Source: the human T2T-CHM13v2.0 reference genome, Homo sapiens
Assembly: GCF_009914755.1 (NCBI RefSeq)
Contig: NC_060925.1
Reading direction: 5' to 3' (one strand)
DNA: 64,000 bases
This document shows, one piece after another, positions 58,242 to 64,000 of this stretch. The notes beneath the pieces are model-generated. The model saw only the letters and a program-made list of their open reading frames with translations. It had not been told where the DNA came from and did not search any database. Within the stretch, counting starts at the first letter, position 1, and every line of letters begins with the position of its first letter. Made by a program: the position numbers and the translations under genes.

Positions 58242-58313
58242 ACTTAGATATTAAAAAGCAGGGCTTATGAAAGCATGAAGCAAGTGCTTCTGGATGTACT
58301 GACCAAACCTTAC

Positions 58314-58431
58314 CTGCACTTCCATGCTAGTTGGCTCCTCCAACAGATGTAGCAGTTGTTGTTTCTCCCGAGATAGCTGTTCTACAAGCCTCTCCTGGGC
58401 AGCCAGGCTCTGATTCAGTTCTTCAATTCTC
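58314..58431 (-). CDS. PDE4DIP: 118-nt exon (RIEELNQSLAAQERLVEQLSREKQQLLHLLEEPTSMEVQ)
   Basis: Polypyrimidine ttcag acceptor and CAG|gtaagg donor; coiled-coil sequence. Confidence 0.93.
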
Positions 58432-58913
58432 CTGAAGCAAAGGAAAAGTAAGGACAATAATTATGATCATGATACTATTATTACCTTATTTTTTCAGCCC
58501 ATTCCAAAGATAGCATGGTCTAGTATAGCAGGTTTTTATCCTTTTGGATCATTGAACCTTTTGATACATTTCTTTAGAAAAGCATGTATTTTCTGCTCAG
58601 CCCCCAAATATATACACAAACAACTTTTTGCTTACATTTTCACCACATTCATGGACCTCCTGAAGTTCATCCATGGATCTTTAGACCATAGGAATTTAAC
58701 TCTTGGAATAAGGGCCTAGAATTTTTTGGTGGTGGTGGTAGTGGCTGTTCCATTCAATAAACGGTTCTTGGATAACTATTTTGTGTACTCAATGCACTCT
58801 ACCAAGTACTGGAAATATGAAGTTGGGAAAGAAACAATCGCTGTTTTGCAAAAATTTAAATTCCACCAGCATGTGTTTGCTAGTGATTTGGAGAGTAAGA
58901 AGACACACAGCTA

Positions 58914-59939
58914 CAGTCACGTACCATATACTGTTTCTGTCAACATTATGTCATCATACTGCATGTATGATGATGGTCCGATAAGATTATACTGGAGCTG
59001 AAAAATTCCTATCACCTAGTAAAGTCCTAGCTGCAGTAACATCATAGTGCAATGTATTTCTCACTTGTTTGTGGTGTTGCTGGTGTAAAGCAAACCTACT
59101 GCGCTGGCAGTTGTATACAAATATAACATATGTATAGTATGTAATACTTGATAATAAATGTTACTGGTTTATGTATTTACTATACTATACTTTCATTGTC
59201 GTTTTAGAGTGTACTCTTTCTACTTATTAAACAAAATAACTGTAAAGTAGCCTCAGGCAGGTCCCTCAGGAGCTATTCCAGAAGAAGGCATTGTTATCAT
59301 AGGAGATGACAGCTCCATGTGTGTTATTGTCCCTGAAGACCTTCCAGCGGACAAGATGTAAAGGTGGAAGACAGTGAAGCTGATGATCCTGACACTGTGT
59401 AGGCCTAGGCTTGTGTGTATGTTTGTGTCTTAGTTTGTAACAAAAAAGTTTAAAAAGTAAAAAAAAAAAAATTAAAAATTTAAAAACAGAATAAACCTTT
59501 TCTAGAATAAGGATATAAGGAAAATATTTTTATATGACTACAAAATGTGTTTTAGGCCTTCACATTCATTCACTTCACTACTCACTCGCTAAATCACCCA
59601 CAGCATGTTCCAGTGCTGCAAGTTCCATTTATGGTCAGTGCCCTAAACAGGTGTACTGTTTGTTATCTTTTATACAGTATTTTTACTGTATCTTTTCTAT
59701 GTTTAGATACACAAATGGTTACCATTGTGTTACAATTGCCTACAGTATTCAGTACAGTAATATGTCATACAGGTTTGTAGCCCAGAAGCCATAGGCTATA
59801 CCATATAGCCTAGGTGTGCAGTAGCCTATCCCATCAAGGTTTGTGTAAGTATGCTCTGTGATGGCCACACAATGAAGAATGAAATTGCCTAAAGATACAT
59901 TTCTCAGAACATATCCCTGTAGTTTGTGATGCATGATTG
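58914..59939. mobile_element. Tigger3/MER7-type DNA transposon
   Basis: TA-flanked cagtcacg...catgattg termini; ataagattatactggagctgaaaaattcctatc internal motif. Confidence 0.8.
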
Positions 59940-60111
59940 TATATAAGCAAATAATAGTAATAGAATATAATAAATGCTACCAGAATAGAGGCACCATATA
60001 GTACATTGAGTGCTGCCATAGAGCTATAGGATGAAAGATAAAGAAATAATTCATTTGACTTGAAGGAGTATAGCGATGCTCAGGAGAAGAAATTTTAAAG
60101 ATTGAGTGGTT

Positions 60112-60640
60112 TCAGAGTAAACAGACAACCTACAGAATGGGGGAAAATATTTGAAAACTATGCATTGGACAAAGGTCCAATATCCAGCATCTATAAGAAA
60201 TGTAAACAAATATACAAAAGAAAAGCAACCCCATTAAAAAGTGGGCAAAGGACATAAACAGACACTTCAAAAGACGTACCTGCAGCCAACAAGCATATGA
60301 TAAAAAGCTCAATAACACTGATCACTAGAGAAATGCAATCAAAACCACATGTGATACCATCTCACACCAGTCAGAATGACTATGGTTAAAAAGTCAAAAA
60401 ATAACAGACGTTAGTGAGGTTGCAGAGAAAAGGAAACACTTATACACTGTTGGTGGGAGTGTTAAATTAGTTCAACCACTGTAGAAAGCAGTATGGTGAT
60501 TCCTCAAAGAACAAAAAGCAGAACTACCATTCGACCCAGCAATCCCATTTCTGGGTATACTCAGAGGAATATAAATCATTCTACCATGAAGACATATGCA
60601 TGCAAATGTTCACTGCACACTATTTACAATAGCAAAGACT
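60112..60640 (+). mobile_element. L1P ORF2 3' fragment
   Basis: cagagtaaacagacaacctacagaatggg...ccatctcacaccagtcagaatg. Confidence 0.9.
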
Positions 60641-60790
60641 TGGGTGGTTTTCCAGGCTCAGAAGGAGGAGATTGAACAAAGGAACAAAGGCATGAAGACC
60701 CAGTGTACAATTTGGGAAGAGTCACTGGAACAAAGGCCCAGGGAAGAGGCAATGGCTGGAGAAGAGACTGAAAATTCAGACCCTCAGACT

Positions 60791-61687
<897 letters not shown>

Positions 61688-61950
61688 CTACTTTTCTTAA
61701 ACCTCAAACTTTGCTCATCTCTTTGACCCTTAGTCTCTACAGAGGATCTGTTCTCCTACTCTCCAAAATTGTTCAAGGTCATCTGATGAGTGGCCTCAAT
61801 TTATTTTCAGATGTGCATGTGCTTTACTTGGGGCTTTGTTTTGGTTTTTAGTTCAGTTTTTTTTTATTGGGGTTCAAATATGACACTGTCTTGGGGAACC
61901 TAGTAGGGAAAATCTGAAAGCAAATACAGTACCATACTGAGAATTGTACA

Positions 61951-61955
<5 letters not shown>

Positions 61956-62001
<46 letters not shown>
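61956..62001. repeat. (TA)n microsatellite
   Basis: About 23 perfect TA units. Confidence 0.97.
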
Positions 62002-62006
<5 letters not shown>

Positions 62007-63086
62007 AACAATACAGAAACTTCATTCTGCTATCACAAAGCCTTCAAAGAAATGACGATTGATGCCTTAGTGAGGTTCACTAGAAGGGAAAAAGTTGGCA
62101 GATGTTTCCCACAGAAGGAAAAGCATGAGCAAAATTCTGGAGACTTGCCATAGCTTCTTATGCTTCTGGAGGCAGTATGGCTTCAGGGTTTGGATGTCAG
62201 CAATCCCTGAAACCATGTTTCACAAGTCTCCAGATGCCAATTTTTTCATTAATAAAGTATAATAATTCATATCTCATGGGGCTGTTAAACAAGAACATAA
62301 AGTACTCAGCTGTATGGTAAGAGCTCAACAAAGCTTAGCCATCATTATTATTACTAGCCTGGCATGAATGAAGTTAAGGAATGGTGGTGGGTGATGAGTG
62401 TGGGAGAAATCAGAGGTTACATCATAAAAGGCTTTGATGGCCACATTAGGAGTATGGATCTTATCTCCTAAAGGTATTGCAAAGTTCTTAAATGGCTCTG
62501 CCATGGTGCGATTAAATTTATGTCTTGGAAAGATCACATTGGTCATGGTATGCACATGTGGTTTTTGCCTATTCAGTTAAAAGCTCCTTAAAGCTTTTTA
62601 TACCACCACAGTCTTATGCACCTAAGAGGCTAAATTATTTGCCAATTTGTTGTGGTTGAATTATCTATTTCAGAACTACTCTGAATTATTAGGTTGAGAT
62701 TGAATGAGAGGAGCAGGACTGGAAGTGGAGAGGACATTTAGAAAGTTTCCTCGGTAATCCAGACAGTAGATGGTGGTGACCTCAATAATTGCCCAGTTAC
62801 CTTCAGGACAAAGTCCAAGTTCCTTATAATGGTATACAAAGCTGGCACAATCAGACCCTTATTCTCAAAACAGCTTACCTCTCACTTGTCTTCTCACTTG
62901 CTCCAGTTATGTACAATTATTTAAAGTTCTTGAAATATTCCTTTCCCTGTGTCTTCCCTCCATAGTTTCTCCTTCTGCATAGAATATTTCCTTTCCCTAT
63001 CCACTTTCTACCTATTTATTCTACCTCCTATTCATCCTTCAAAGCTCAGCTCAGATTTCGCTTCCTCTAGGAAACCTTCAATGGCA

Positions 63087-63493
63087 TTATCTTAGTCTTT
63101 TTGGGCTGCTATAAAAAAACACCATAAACTGGGAGGCTTATAAACAACGGAAATGTATTTCTCACAGTTTTGGAGGCTGGGAAGTCCTAGATCAAGTCAC
63201 TGACAGGTTCAATGTCTGGTGAAGGTTCACACTCTGGCTCATAACGGTGCATTCCCACTATATCCTCACATAGTAGAAGGGGCTAACTAGCTCTCTGGGG
63301 TCTCTTTTACAAGCGTATTAATCCCATTTATGAGGGCTCCATCTCCAATGTCTATGATTTAATCACCTCCTAATGGCTCCACCTCATAATACTTCTGGAG
63401 GCAGAAGTATTAACCTTAAGGGTTAAGATTTCAACATATAAACTGGTGGGGGAGGGAGGTGGGGATGGGACACAAACATTCAGACCACAGCAG
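63087..63493 (-). mobile_element. MaLR solo LTR (MLT1A-like)
   Basis: tcttagtc...gctgctataa...atttctcacagttttggaggctgggaagtc...acattcagaccacagca. Confidence 0.85.
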
Positions 63494-63929
63494 ACAACTT
63501 GCTCTTTTAATGTGGAATGGATGACCCTCCAATATTTCCCCAGAGCACCCCATGCTCTTCTATCAGGGAACTTATTAAAATCATGTAACATGTTTCTTGG
63601 TGACAAGAATTAGGTCTTTTGTTTCTGTAACACATGCCAGATACTTAGCCCGGTATCTGGCATGTGGCATGCCCAGTAAATGTTTGCTGAATAAGTGAAT
63701 CCATGTCTCTTGCTTGCCGCTATTTGCCCACTGAATCCATGAAGTGAGTTTTCATAATGGATACCACTGAAAATTCAACCCTGAAAAGAATGTCTTCGGT
63801 TGTGGGACCATAAAGTCTTAGAAATAGTGAAGCTCCTACTGTCAGTCCTTGAAAGGGAACAGGACAGCTGCTGTATGCCTTGAGAATGGGCAAAAGACAA
63901 GCGACAAAAAGAGCACCGAAGGCACCTAC

Positions 63930-64000
63930 TTGTCCCTCTGGGCCAGGGTCTCAGTGTATTGGTCGGGCTTGACCTGGTCTCCTGGTACATCTTCCCAGTT
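63930..64000 (-). CDS. PDE4DIP: Long-isoform exon cut by window edge (NWEDVPGDQVKPDQYTETLAQRD-K)
   Basis: Open frame; donor AA|gtaggt at 63929; phase 2 matches the next exon. Confidence 0.9.

Overview
Human/great-ape genomic DNA covering the middle of a myomegalin (PDE4DIP) gene copy on the minus strand. I can trace about 21 coding exons with GT/GC-AG boundaries. They run from a long-isoform exon cut by the right edge, through the CpG-island-driven 375-codon alternative first exon of the SMYLE/MMG8-type isoform, to the NBPF-related coiled-coil exons at the left edge. This copy looks damaged. It has an in-frame TGA at 27248-27250. It also has a splice-phase break between the exons at 21553 and 15626, where several exons I recall from myomegalin are absent. 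It is most likely one of the chromosome 1 segmental-duplication paralogs (PDE4DIPP-type) rather than the intact gene; I cannot say which. Introns hold about 20 Alus, old L1/MaLR/DNA-transposon relics, tailless U2 and 5S retropseudogenes with target-site duplications, a tiny inverted L1 with a probable mini 3' transduction, and a ~155-bp non-Alu inverted duplication bracketing one exon. Most six-frame ORFs are repeat-derived noise. I found no wholly new system. The best leads are the possible truncated or exon-skipped products of this paralog and the RNA-structure elements in its introns. Repeat boundaries and subfamilies are by-eye estimates.
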